DNA from: a virus | Reading direction: 5' to 3' (one strand) | Virus record (IMG/VR): IMGVR_UViG_3300038705_000018 | Coordinates: 1 to 64,000 of that record | Length of the DNA stretch: 64,000 nt | Shown here: piece by piece, positions 19,364 to 29,191 of the stretch | Layout of the letters: every line of letters starts with the position of its first letter | How positions within the stretch are numbered: the stretch's first letter is position 1 | Notes under the pieces: model-generated | What the model saw: the letters and a program-made list of their open reading frames with translations, nothing else | Told to the model about the DNA's origin: nothing | Database searches by the model: none | Translations under genes and position numbers: made by a program

Positions 19364-22306
19364 CTAAAATACTCTCAATCTTTCTTTCTCGCTTTCTTGA
19401 AACTTGCTAACATCTGAGTAGATTTCCTTCGCTATTTCTCTGCCGTTCAAATTAACTTGCAAGATAGTTGGACCTTGTGATGCATATTGCTGCGCTCCAG
19501 CTTGTTGAGTTAATGGTAGTGACCCCATTATTCCATTAGCAATGGCATCAAAGGTTTGTTTGCGCAGGGGTAACACCGTTTCGTCATATCCTCGAGCATC
19601 CCCAACCCCGATTAATGTAGGGTTACCTGGTTTAATTAAAGCGCCGTTTGCAGCCCACTTAACACTGAAAGATGGTAAACCTTCACTTGCCCAATTAACA
19701 GGATTTAGTGATCCATTTACACTAATCTTCGGAACAGGAATGTGAATACCACTAAACATATTTGCTACGCCGTTTTTAATTTTATCAATCCAGCCCATAA
19801 TTCCACTCCAAGCTTCTTTAATAGGATTAATCAGTTTATCTTTAATTTTCATAGCGGCTTCACCTATATCAATTGCCATACGAACTACAGAAGCGATTGG
19901 TTCCTTAATAAATGTCTTGAAATATCCAACAACAGTAGACCACATGCTACTAATCATAGAGCCAAAAGAAGATGCAAGACCTTTCACTGCGCCGAAAATT
20001 TGTTTAACAAATGAAAATTGAATAAGCCCCCAGATTAATTGGATTGCACCACTGAAAATTTGTTTTATCCCTGCCCACATTCCAGAGAAATCACCAGTTA
20101 AAACAGATGCGAAAAACTTAATAATTCCCATAATGAGATTAACAGCACCCTGGATAATATCTTTTATAGCGTCCCATGCACTTTTTACAATCATCATTAC
20201 AGCTGGCATTACAAAAGTTATAATAGATTGAATGATTGAAAAGGCATTTTTTACGGCTTGTACAATTTGATCTCCGTTTTCTTTCCAAAACGAGGTAATT
20301 TGCGCTATAATCCCATTCACAAAGTTAAGGACATCCGTCAGTAAAGGCATTAAATAAGGAGCTATCGTGTTAAATACACCTTTAATAAATTCCCAAGTAG
20401 CGCCGATTATTCCCATAACTACTGGTGCTTGCGCTGCTATCAAGGATTGTACATCTTCTATGAAACTACTCAATTGAGCATGCACATCCTGAACGAACAT
20501 AATAATATCCGCTTTCTGCTCAGGTGAAAAACCTAACTTGTCTAAGAAATTACTAGCAGCTCCCCAGTCACCAGATACAAGAGCTTTTAAAACTTCAATC
20601 CCTTGACTGACAGTTTGGACTACAGAGTTAACGATCGTAATTGCTTCGGTACTAAATCCAAGCTTAGTAAGGATACTTATCCCATTAACACCAGATTGTC
20701 TTGAATCAGAATCATCGCCTTTTGCCGCCTTCCAAAGGTCAGAAATAGCCTCTCCAATACTTTTAATAGGTGTAATAACCATATCTGATACTGCTTGCCA
20801 TTTCTTTTCTTTTTCTTGTGCAGCATTGATAGCTTTTTCGCGATTTTTATATATCAGCTCAGATTCCTCAAGAATTTTGTTAGCTTCTTCTTGTTTCAAC
20901 TTCCCAGCTGCAACATCTGCTGCTAATTCCTGCTCTTTGGTAGCTAACATTCCTTTTGCAGTAAGGTTTTCAGATAAAAGCCTATTTGAGTCTTCTATTC
21001 GTTTGTTACGCTCTGTTTCAGAGATAGCTCCTTTTTCGTACATCATTTGAGCAATTTCTTCTGCTTGTGCATGGCGAGTTCTTTCTGTAGCCAACGCTTT
21101 TGTTGCTTCGACGGCCTGTCCTGTTGGGTCTAACATTCTAGAAATACCGTCTATAAGACCTGTAGTTCCATTTGTAGCTGACATAAGACCAGGATTAATC
21201 ATATCGAACAGAACAAGCCCTAAATTACTTAGGGATGATGTCATATTCTTAGTAGCACCCTCTAAGTTATTAGACATAACTTTAGCCATGCGATTAGCTG
21301 CGCCACTGGAGTTATCCATCAACATTTTTAATTCATCGAAACCTTTACCACCAGCATCGATTACAGGCAACCAGGCGGAGAAGGCTTCTTGTCCGAAGAT
21401 AGATTGAGCAGCAGCGATTTTTTGTGATTGAGATAGATTACCGAACTTTACATGCATATCCTCTACAATGTCACGGATCTTTCTCATAGAACCATCCGCA
21501 TTTGTAGTCGAAATACCAAGTCCGTCTAAAGCTTTAGCAGCATCTTTAGGCGGTTTAGCTAAGCGTGATAGACCTGCACGTAATGCTGTACCAGCCATAG
21601 ACCCTTTTGTACCAGCGTTTGCAAATTCACCAAGAATAACATTCGTTTCCGCTAAATCCATACCGAAAGCGTGTGCTACAGGAGCAACGTATTTCATCGC
21701 TTCCCCTAATTGACTAATATTCGTATTGGTACTAGCCTGGATAACAGCGAATTGGTCAGCTGCTTTACCAGCCTCATTAGCACCCATGGCAAACCCCTGC
21801 ATTGTATCGGTAACAATATCGGTTGCACGGCCGAGGTCCATATTCCCTGCTGTAGCCATAGAAAGTAATGGTCCTATTGCGGCAATTTGCTGATTAGCAT
21901 TCCATCCGGCTAGAGCCATATACTCCATTCCCTCAGCAACTTCAGTAGCAGAATAACGTGTACTTGCGCCTAATTCACGAGCTTTTCCTGTTAAATCCCC
22001 CATCGCAACAGAAGATGAACCGGTAAGAGCTTCGACTTTACTCATTTGCTTCTCGAATCCCATTCCTTCTTTAACAGTTCCAGAAAATGCAGTGCCAAGA
22101 CCAATAGCTAAACCTGCTATTCCTCCAAGAGCCAAAGCTGCACCGCCTACAGAAGAACCTAAACCAGCGGCAGCGGCACCAACTTGACCAAATCCACGCC
22201 CTAAGATACCTGTAGTCCTTTGCCCGCTTCTTTCCGCATTAGTCAATCCTCTTTGTAACTGATCATCCTTTAAGAAGATTGATCCAAACATCTTAAATAA
22301 TTCCAT
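19364..22306 (-). CDS. Tail tape measure protein
   Basis: 980 aa. TP901-type core (GTKGSMAGTALRAGLSRLAKPP), Gly/Ala-rich hydrophobic stretches and coiled coils. Confidence 0.9.
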   Translation of the reverse strand: MELFKMFGSIFLKDDQLQRGLTNAERSGQRTTGILGRGFGQVGAAAAGLGSSVGGAALALGGIAGLAIGLGTAFSGTVKEGMGFEKQMSKVEALTGSSSVAMGDLTGKARELGASTRYSATEVAEGMEYMALAGWNANQQIAAIGPLLSMATAGNMDLGRATDIVTDTMQGFAMGANEAGKAADQFAVIQASTNTNISQLGEAMKYVAPVAHAFGMDLAETNVILGEFANAGTKGSMAGTALRAGLSRLAKPPKDAAKALDGLGISTTNADGSMRKIRDIVEDMHVKFGNLSQSQKIAAAQSIFGQEAFSAWLPVIDAGGKGFDELKMLMDNSSGAANRMAKVMSNNLEGATKNMTSSLSNLGLVLFDMINPGLMSATNGTTGLIDGISRMLDPTGQAVEATKALATERTRHAQAEEIAQMMYEKGAISETERNKRIEDSNRLLSENLTAKGMLATKEQELAADVAAGKLKQEEANKILEESELIYKNREKAINAAQEKEKKWQAVSDMVITPIKSIGEAISDLWKAAKGDDSDSRQSGVNGISILTKLGFSTEAITIVNSVVQTVSQGIEVLKALVSGDWGAASNFLDKLGFSPEQKADIIMFVQDVHAQLSSFIEDVQSLIAAQAPVVMGIIGATWEFIKGVFNTIAPYLMPLLTDVLNFVNGIIAQITSFWKENGDQIVQAVKNAFSIIQSIITFVMPAVMMIVKSAWDAIKDIIQGAVNLIMGIIKFFASVLTGDFSGMWAGIKQIFSGAIQLIWGLIQFSFVKQIFGAVKGLASSFGSMISSMWSTVVGYFKTFIKEPIASVVRMAIDIGEAAMKIKDKLINPIKEAWSGIMGWIDKIKNGVANMFSGIHIPVPKISVNGSLNPVNWASEGLPSFSVKWAANGALIKPGNPTLIGVGDARGYDETVLPLRKQTFDAIANGIMGSLPLTQQAGAQQYASQGPTILQVNLNGREIAKEIYSDVSKFQESEKERLRVF

Positions 22307-22582
22307 TTATTCACCCGCCTTTCCGCGGATTTTACCAACACGAGCAAACACTTCTTCTTTTGTGAGTTTCTGTTTCGGTGTTTGTTCGATTGAATTATTA
22401 TATTGTAGTACCTGTTCTTGCGTTGGGTTTTCGCGCTTATGTTTAAATTGAGGAAATGTTTCATCGCAGTACGGTTGTAGGGCACACCATTCTTCCCATA
22501 ACATGCGGTCCATCTCTTTTTTCTTTGCGGTGAGATACAGATTAATAACTATCTCGACATCCAAACCACGTATGTACTCCAT
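22307..22582 (-). CDS. Tail assembly chaperone, downstream (T) part; frame open up to 22651
   Basis: The -1 frame relative to 22618..23046 opens right at a T6 run (22644..22649). See the frameshift finding. Confidence 0.6.
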   Translation of the reverse strand: MEYIRGLDVEIVINLYLTAKKKEMDRMLWEEWCALQPYCDETFPQFKHKRENPTQEQVLQYNNSIEQTPKQKLTKEEVFARVGKIRGKAGE

Positions 22583-22617
22583 ATTTGGATAACGAGAAGC
22601 TAACGTATCGATGAAGT

Positions 22618-23046
22618 CTATTTCATCAAGTTCACCGCATTGGAAAAAAGTTTAACCAATCCAACTTCTGAATCTTTGATTGCAGTAAACAGCTTAACTA
22701 ACTCTTCTAGATTTAAAGTTCGTATTGTTTCCCAATCTGGAGATGTTTTTTTACCATTTTCATCTTCATAAACTAAAAGTCCAGCTACAAATTCAAAGAA
22801 TTCCTGTTCCGCTTCTTCTAATCCGAAAATAAACTTCATGATAATGTCGTAACCAAAAGTCTCTTGTGCAGCTAATACATCAGCTTGTGTTGCCCCTTCT
22901 TTATTTCGTACGCCCATCATTAAATCTTTAAGTAAGTTAATATCCACCTTAAATTTCGATTTCTTCAAAATACGAACTACAGAAAATAAATCTCCGCCAT
23001 GAATTTGTCTCACTTTGTATTCTTTTTCTTGAATTGCAATAGTCAC
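22618..23046 (-). CDS. Tail assembly chaperone (G-like)
   Basis: Acidic 142-aa protein between the major tail and tape measure genes. Confidence 0.7.
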   Translation of the reverse strand: MTIAIQEKEYKVRQIHGGDLFSVVRILKKSKFKVDINLLKDLMMGVRNKEGATQADVLAAQETFGYDIIMKFIFGLEEAEQEFFEFVAGLLVYEDENGKKTSPDWETIRTLNLEELVKLFTAIKDSEVGLVKLFSNAVNLMK

Positions 23047-23092
23047 ATTTATTCCTCCTTAAAATAAAAAGAGCAGGGATTATCCCTACTCT

Positions 23093-23686
23093 CTAACCTG
23101 CTGGTATTAATTTAGCTACTTCTATCGCTGTTAAAATACGTTTTTTCCATGGTACTTTTCGAATATTTTCTGGATCACGGTGTCCTGTGAATGTTACTTC
23201 TGGAACAACTTCACTTTCGTTTTCAAATCCTAGTTCTAATGAACCGTCAGATAATGCGTTATATACGATAATTTCAACGATATCACCACCTAAAGTTTCA
23301 CCAACCCATGCTACATTTTTAAGATAGCTTTCTTTCGTAAGACGTTCTGTAGCTTCAATCACGTCGTACTTAATTGTTTTCCCGTCTTTTGTAACAGTCT
23401 CTTCTGATACTTTTAAACCAGCAATAAAGTTTTTGATTTTTTCTTTATCCAAAAATTCAAGTGTCTTAAAACTGATTTGAGTTTTGGATTTAGTGATACG
23501 TTTCATCCCCATTGTGTCACCAGGAGAACCATCATATTCAATTTCTTTAAACTCTGGTTCATATTTAAATGAACCGCCACCTTGCGTAGCACCTACAGGA
23601 AGTTCATCTTTTTCTCCATAATTAAAGAAGAATGCACCCCAATCTCCGAAGAGGACATTCTCTGGTTTTGGTTGTGGAGCTGCCAT
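23093..23686 (-). CDS. Major tail protein
   Basis: Size and position (197 aa, upstream of the chaperones). Confidence 0.7.
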   Translation of the reverse strand: MAAPQPKPENVLFGDWGAFFFNYGEKDELPVGATQGGGSFKYEPEFKEIEYDGSPGDTMGMKRITKSKTQISFKTLEFLDKEKIKNFIAGLKVSEETVTKDGKTIKYDVIEATERLTKESYLKNVAWVGETLGGDIVEIIVYNALSDGSLELGFENESEVVPEVTFTGHRDPENIRKVPWKKRILTAIEVAKLIPAG

Positions 23687-23700
23687 ATAATCAACCCTTT

Positions 23701-24063
23701 CTATTGTCTAAAATAAGTTCGTAAAATGAGTCGCACTTCTTTGCGTATGATATTTGGGTCTGGATCAGGTACTTTCTGACTCGAAAGATAAGAAATAGCA
23801 GCACCAAATTCAGCGCTGCTTAACCTTTTTCTATGAAGATTGTTTTCTAGCTTCATAATCAGTTCATCTATTTTACTAAGATGAGCAGAAGTACCGTAAA
23901 TATCAATTGTAAGCATGATATTCTTTCGTCCCCATGGTTCTTTATCATCATTAACCGTGTACACCAAATAAGGCATTACAGCGGTTGTTTTAGCGATTTC
24001 ATAATACGTTTCTTTATCAATTTGTTTTAATTCACTGTGTAATATATTTATAAAGTCATTCAT
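23701..24063 (-). CDS. Tail terminator / tail completion protein
   Basis: Called by position in the head-tail joining cluster. Confidence 0.5.
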   Translation of the reverse strand: MNDFINILHSELKQIDKETYYEIAKTTAVMPYLVYTVNDDKEPWGRKNIMLTIDIYGTSAHLSKIDELIMKLENNLHRKRLSSAEFGAAISYLSSQKVPDPDPNIIRKEVRLILRTYFRQ

Positions 24064-24068
24064 ACTAT

Positions 24069-24476
24069 CTACCTCATTAACGACGAATAGGTTCGCGTGC
24101 CAACTTGTGTAATTTGCGGTTTATTGCTCTCTGCTGCTGGTCTAAGAAAAGGCTGTGCATGTTGCCCTTGAGTTTTAACCATCTTCCCTGTTTTAGGGTC
24201 ACGGTACATCCAAGGAGTTTTACGCCCATCACCGTCTACAGCATAAATTCCTGTTCCTTTCTCAACATAAATTCCATGATCAGCAGAAGTACCGATAATA
24301 ACTTTTTCTTGCTCTGCTTTAGAACTAATGCTTCTTCTTAGATTGCCAGTGTCTACAGCAGCAAGTAATTTAGCTTTAGAAGATACAAATTGACCAATAG
24401 CAGTATGAGCTGCTTTCTTTGCAGCCAAATGTCTTGCCATAACAGCGGCTCTATTGGATTGGAATTTCACGCTCAT
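24069..24476 (-). CDS. HK97 gp10-family head-tail joining protein
   Basis: DTGNLRRSI...YVEKGTG pattern is typical of the HK97 gp10 family. Confidence 0.6.
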   Translation of the reverse strand: MSVKFQSNRAAVMARHLAAKKAAHTAIGQFVSSKAKLLAAVDTGNLRRSISSKAEQEKVIIGTSADHGIYVEKGTGIYAVDGDGRKTPWMYRDPKTGKMVKTQGQHAQPFLRPAAESNKPQITQVGTRTYSSLMR

Positions 24477-24795
24477 ATGGCAACATCTCCAATTCTATTT
24501 GAAAGAATCTACCCGCATTCATTGGATCGCCCGGATAAGTAACGCTGTATACCTTCTTATCGATAACTAATCTATCTTGAATAGTTACGTCGAAAAGCAT
24601 GCAGTAAAAGAAATGTGTGCTTTTCTCTTCTACTTTCTTATTGCGAGCATCCTTTGTCCCTTGGATTGCATCCAATACACCTTTAACAGTATTTATTTCT
24701 TTCCATTCTTCTGTTGGATATGGCCCATCATCAAAACCAGCGTTGCGAAGTACTGTAGCATCTTTGCCAAACTTACGTAGCATTGAATGGATCAT
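24451..24795 (-). CDS. Head closure / head-tail adaptor protein
   Basis: Position, and overlapping gene ends with its neighbours. Confidence 0.55.
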   Translation of the reverse strand: MIHSMLRKFGKDATVLRNAGFDDGPYPTEEWKEINTVKGVLDAIQGTKDARNKKVEEKSTHFFYCMLFDVTIQDRLVIDKKVYSVTYPGDPMNAGRFFQIELEMLPYEREIPIQ

Positions 24796-25103
24796 CGAAC
24801 ACGTAACCTCACTTTCAGTCCTTTCGTGATGCTTGCTGGATAATCTCCCACGTCATCATAAGTAACAGAATAGTTACCTAATGATTCGCTTTTCTTCCCT
24901 TCTCTCTCCCGCTCCTTATACTGATGAACCACCATTTTAGCGATGATACCAGGATAAGCAGGAGGGAATTCAGGAATAGTTCTATTGGTATACTCTGCAA
25001 CCATTAACATTGTATCTTCAATGCTTATTAATAAATTTTCATCACTTATATTAGGTACTTGCAGTTTTACACGTTTTAAAATTTCTGCTTTCATATCTTC
25101 CAT
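24792..25103 (-). CDS. gp6-like head-tail connector protein
   Basis: 103-aa protein immediately downstream of the major capsid gene. Confidence 0.55.
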   Translation of the reverse strand: MEDMKAEILKRVKLQVPNISDENLLISIEDTMLMVAEYTNRTIPEFPPAYPGIIAKMVVHQYKEREREGKKSESLGNYSVTYDDVGDYPASITKGLKVRLRVR

Positions 25104-25146
25104 CTAATCACCTACTTACGTAAAAGAAAAAAATGGAGAAGGCTTA

Positions 25147-25992
25147 TTAAGCCCCTCCACCTGGTTTTTCCGGAGTAATTGATGTAACTGTAGCTGTAAG
25201 TACCGCTATTGACTCTTGACGAAGGATATCTCCACCATAAACCATAAGACCACGAATACCATCTGCAAAGGAATTTTGCAGACGTTGTGCCTCTGTTTCA
25301 GTTAACTGTGTCCCGTATCCAATAGCAGACTTATGAAGACCTAAAATTTTATACTTACCACCAGTACCGTGAATTTCTTCTGATACAACGATTTGTGATC
25401 CATTAATAATCTGTCCTTCAACAATACCATTTTCTAAAACAACAGGTTGCTTAGTAAAGCGATCATCTTTAGATAATAAACCTAAAACCTGAGAATTGAT
25501 GATTGTGAATCGTTCAGTTTTAGGAACCTTTTTAATATTTAAAATCGTATTTAAGTCTACAATGTAATCATATGCATTTTTAGGTGATAACTCAATTGGA
25601 CTAGAGTCACTCCCAATTGTATGAGTTTTATGTGCGCCTTTATAAAGCCCTAATACGAATGTATCAACGGTTTCCTGAAGTACCGCTCCTGCCTCTTGTG
25701 TATGTGGGTCGATTAAATCTCCAGCAGCCTGAACTGCATCTACATCATCAACTTTGAAAGCAAAATACTTTTGTTGATCCATATTAATTTCTACTTTAGA
25801 AGGGTTGGTATCATCCCATTCGATTGTACCATTATAATCTTTTACATTTACTGCGCCTACACGATTAAAGATAATCTTATTACCTTCGATTTTCGTTGGC
25901 GTTGTTGTAATTAAATCCGCAATAGAACGCTTGTGAAAGTTCGCCATCAAGCGCGCTTCCCAAATTGTTGGAATAAAAGTTGATACTGACAT
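25147..25992 (-). CDS. Major capsid protein
   Basis: 281 aa, between the scaffold and connector genes. Strong RBS (AAGGAGGAA). Confidence 0.75.
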   Translation of the reverse strand: MSVSTFIPTIWEARLMANFHKRSIADLITTTPTKIEGNKIIFNRVGAVNVKDYNGTIEWDDTNPSKVEINMDQQKYFAFKVDDVDAVQAAGDLIDPHTQEAGAVLQETVDTFVLGLYKGAHKTHTIGSDSSPIELSPKNAYDYIVDLNTILNIKKVPKTERFTIINSQVLGLLSKDDRFTKQPVVLENGIVEGQIINGSQIVVSEEIHGTGGKYKILGLHKSAIGYGTQLTETEAQRLQNSFADGIRGLMVYGGDILRQESIAVLTATVTSITPEKPGGGA

Positions 25993-26109
25993 ATATTAAT
26001 TCCTCCTTAATGTTTTTCCATAACAAAAGAGATTACTAAACTAGCAATCTCTTTTGTTCGTTTTATATTTTTTTGAATGTACCATTCAAATCACTTAACT
26101 TTCCTAGTG

Positions 26110-26841
26110 CTACTTACCCCAATTGCGCATATCCTTCTGAATTTGTGGCCAGTTCGCATTAATTTCAGCTTGACTCATTGAATTTACTTGTTCTCTCGTA
26201 AATCCCCCTCCAGTTCCGCCACTAACATGGATTTCTCGGCCAGCAGCTTTAAACTTTTCAGCCACTTTTACTTCTAATGCAGTAGAGAATAAATCATTAA
26301 ACTTTGACACCCTAACTTTTGTATCTTCTACATCTGAACCAATAACAAAATCTACAAATTTAAGATCCAATCCAACCGCTGATAAACCATCTGATGCAAC
26401 ACTCTGCATTTCTTTCTGATGAAGTACCCTTTCTCGCTCTTCTAGTTGTTCCTGAAGTTGCTTCATCTCATATTCAGCTTTCTCTTGTGCAGTCATAGAA
26501 GCGGTTTTATAGTTCTCTAATTCCTTTTTTGTTGCATTCAGTTCTTTCGAATATTTAGAGCGCACTCTATCTTCCGCTGATTGTACCATCTTCTCAATAA
26601 ATGTTTTTGTTGCATCATCTAATTTCGGTTCTTTTTGTTCACCAACTGGCGGTTCTTTTTGCTCTTCAACTAGTGAATCTTTTATATCATCCGCAGGTGA
26701 TGTTTGTTCATTCTGTAGTGTCTCATCTGCAGGTATTGCAGGATCAGAAAAGAATTGCAGATTTGATAAACGAAACGGTAACTTTGTTAGTTCTCTTTCT
26801 TTTAAAAACTGTACTTCCGCTTGCTTTTGTAATTGTTTCAT
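26110..26841 (-). CDS. Capsid scaffolding protein
   Basis: Acidic coiled-coil protein between the head morphogenesis and capsid genes. Confidence 0.7.
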   Translation of the reverse strand: MKQLQKQAEVQFLKERELTKLPFRLSNLQFFSDPAIPADETLQNEQTSPADDIKDSLVEEQKEPPVGEQKEPKLDDATKTFIEKMVQSAEDRVRSKYSKELNATKKELENYKTASMTAQEKAEYEMKQLQEQLEERERVLHQKEMQSVASDGLSAVGLDLKFVDFVIGSDVEDTKVRVSKFNDLFSTALEVKVAEKFKAAGREIHVSGGTGGGFTREQVNSMSQAEINANWPQIQKDMRNWGK

Positions 26842-26913
26842 TATTATTCCTCCTCTGAGTTCCTATGAATACACCCTATTTAGTTCGTATTTTATAAGCC
26901 CTCGTGTGTTTTA

Positions 26914-27840
26914 TTATTCAAGAGAGTCTTTCCATTCCTCGTAACTAACTGCGCTAATCACCTCATTCTTACCTGTAGTTGGGTTTCTGGCCCTTCTCTC
27001 AATGAATGAGCTAACATCCGCTACCTCAGTAATGAAAGTACAGCGGCATCGTACAACTTCTTTAGCAGGTAAATTACTATCATGTGGATATTCGCAACTA
27101 TAACCACCGACTTTAAATAATCCTTTAAACGGTACTTTTTGATGATCTGCTGCTTGGTGAGTAGGACGCGTACGTTTATCTAATGTAGAAATCCAAATCT
27201 TCTTCATTGATACACCTTCATCAAAAGCGTGAGAAGCACTGTCATAAGTACCTAAGTTTTGCACCCTAGCACTTTCTGTCCAAACGACCATTTGGGCTTT
27301 CTTCGCATCACCATCAAGTATCGGCTTAATCCGATTTGCCATTGTTGCATATCCTTCGCCTTTTCTAAGACCGATAGATAACTCTCTGCGTATTCGGTTA
27401 ACTATCTGTACTCGATGTGTACTTAACCTTTGATTGAGTGTCATTTTATCGATTGGCATTTGTACCGCTCGTTTAATGACGTTCGGGTCAAGAAGACCAT
27501 ACGAAAGAGCCACGCCGACTTCTTTCTCGATGAGATAACTCGTATAATAAAAAGACTCTCCATACTGATTGGAGAGCGTTTCATTGAGAGTTTTCTTTTT
27601 CTCATATGTTATTTCATTAATAACGTGTTGCAGTTCACTTTGCATGCTCTTATATCGATTGAATCGGCGCATTTCCTGCATACTCAACTGCTCATTTACG
27701 GCATATTTGGCATAATAAAAAGCCAGTATTCCTCTGACTTCTTCTAAAGCATCTTTATACAGGTAGAGAATCGCCTTTTCCAGTTCGTCCTCTATCTTTT
27801 GGAGATGTTTCTGCTTCTTGTCCCATTCCACTAGGCTCAC
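26914..27840 (-). CDS. Head morphogenesis protein (SPP1 gp7 / Mu F-like)
   Basis: WISTLDKRTRPTHQAADHQKV...RCRC motif of the Phage_Mu_F family. Confidence 0.8.
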   Translation of the reverse strand: MSLVEWDKKQKHLQKIEDELEKAILYLYKDALEEVRGILAFYYAKYAVNEQLSMQEMRRFNRYKSMQSELQHVINEITYEKKKTLNETLSNQYGESFYYTSYLIEKEVGVALSYGLLDPNVIKRAVQMPIDKMTLNQRLSTHRVQIVNRIRRELSIGLRKGEGYATMANRIKPILDGDAKKAQMVVWTESARVQNLGTYDSASHAFDEGVSMKKIWISTLDKRTRPTHQAADHQKVPFKGLFKVGGYSCEYPHDSNLPAKEVVRCRCTFITEVADVSSFIERRARNPTTGKNEVISAVSYEEWKDSLE

Positions 27841-29179
27841 CTACCTTGTCGAGATTCATGGAATCCGCCTCTTCTTCCTGCATCTTCTGTATCTCCGCTT
27901 TCGGATCAGAAACAACAGATAACATAGATAATCGTGTTTCTTCGCTTACTAAACCTTGTAGTTTAGACTGCACATCAGCTTCATCAGCTAAGTTGGCTGG
28001 AAGGTTTCGCGTAAATTGAAACGTCATACAAAGGTAGTCTAGTTCTCCTTTATTTGAGCGTAAGTTCCAAGCGTCAAACAATAACTTAAATTGTTGTCGC
28101 AATGACTTAGTAAACTTCATTTCTAATGTTCCTGATTTAGTTTCTAAAGCTAATAACTTGTAACGAATAGCAACACCAGTAAGGTTACCACCAAATGATT
28201 CATCAGAAAGGTTCACATGCTTTGTGAAACGGCATATATTCTTTTCTAATCTGTCGAGATGGTGTTCTAAGATGTTGTCATTAAGGTCCTTAGTTAAAAA
28301 AGAAGCCTCACCATTCTCACCTACATCAAGAGCTCCTGTTTGTTTTAGCTTCTCGATAGTATCATCATCTATATCAACGCCTTTAAAGATCATATAAGCC
28401 AGACGAAACTGTTCAATTTCACTGTTTACATCGGAAAATGAACGGTCGTAACCTTCAATAAGTGATATAGCTTTATCTACATCGCCTTGTAATTCTTCAT
28501 TATTAGGAAACCCAATAAGTGGCACACCTTTAAATAAGTTTGGAATACGGTCAGTCTCTGTTAACTTATCTAAACCTTCACCAGTGTACTCAATAATGTT
28601 TGTTTCATTGTAAAACTCTACTTTGTAACCATCCTTGAAATCATCACCATCAATTACTTTGATTGGATAGCAGCGTATAGCGTATTTAGGTTCTGCAATA
28701 CTTGAATTCGTAAGAAATATAGCTTCGTAAGGTTTGATATTCATAACCTTTTCGATACCTTCTTTATCGTGATACAGTAGTCTCGCTCCGTATCCACAAA
28801 TAGAAGCGAACTTCCCTGTTTCTGCGTCAGCATCCTCAGTATGATTCGCTTTTAAAAAGTCCTGAATACGTTTCAATACTTCATCATCTTCATGATCTAA
28901 GCTGTATGAGATAGGCACCCCAAACATATAACCGATTTTTGTATCGATAATTTCAGAAAAGAAGTCATTGTTTAGCTTATTGTTAACCTTATCTTTATTA
29001 CCATCACCTTTAAACTCGCGAGTAAAGATAGGCACACCCTTTTCACTTGCTTTGTATCGCTCGTACCTGTTAATCATGCGTTGTTTTAATGGTTCAAACT
29101 CATCAATAATTTTTTTTAGTAACTTTGATGTAGGCTCGCCATTTTGTTCATCCAGCAACGGAATATAGTGTTCAAACAT
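27755..29179 (-). CDS. Portal protein (SPP1 gp6-like)
   Basis: 474 aa, directly downstream of the terminase large subunit. Confidence 0.8.
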   Translation of the reverse strand: MFEHYIPLLDEQNGEPTSKLLKKIIDEFEPLKQRMINRYERYKASEKGVPIFTREFKGDGNKDKVNNKLNNDFFSEIIDTKIGYMFGVPISYSLDHEDDEVLKRIQDFLKANHTEDADAETGKFASICGYGARLLYHDKEGIEKVMNIKPYEAIFLTNSSIAEPKYAIRCYPIKVIDGDDFKDGYKVEFYNETNIIEYTGEGLDKLTETDRIPNLFKGVPLIGFPNNEELQGDVDKAISLIEGYDRSFSDVNSEIEQFRLAYMIFKGVDIDDDTIEKLKQTGALDVGENGEASFLTKDLNDNILEHHLDRLEKNICRFTKHVNLSDESFGGNLTGVAIRYKLLALETKSGTLEMKFTKSLRQQFKLLFDAWNLRSNKGELDYLCMTFQFTRNLPANLADEADVQSKLQGLVSEETRLSMLSVVSDPKAEIQKMQEEEADSMNLDKVGEPSGMGQEAETSPKDRGRTGKGDSLPV

Positions 29180-29191
29180 CGTCTCACCTCC

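Noticed and set aside
22270-22485. 71-aa minus-strand ORF overlapping the chaperone T frame and the tape-measure start
   Set aside because: It is an alternative frame of the same region with an Arg/Asn/Lys-rich translation and no RBS. The T frame is supported by the frameshift geometry.
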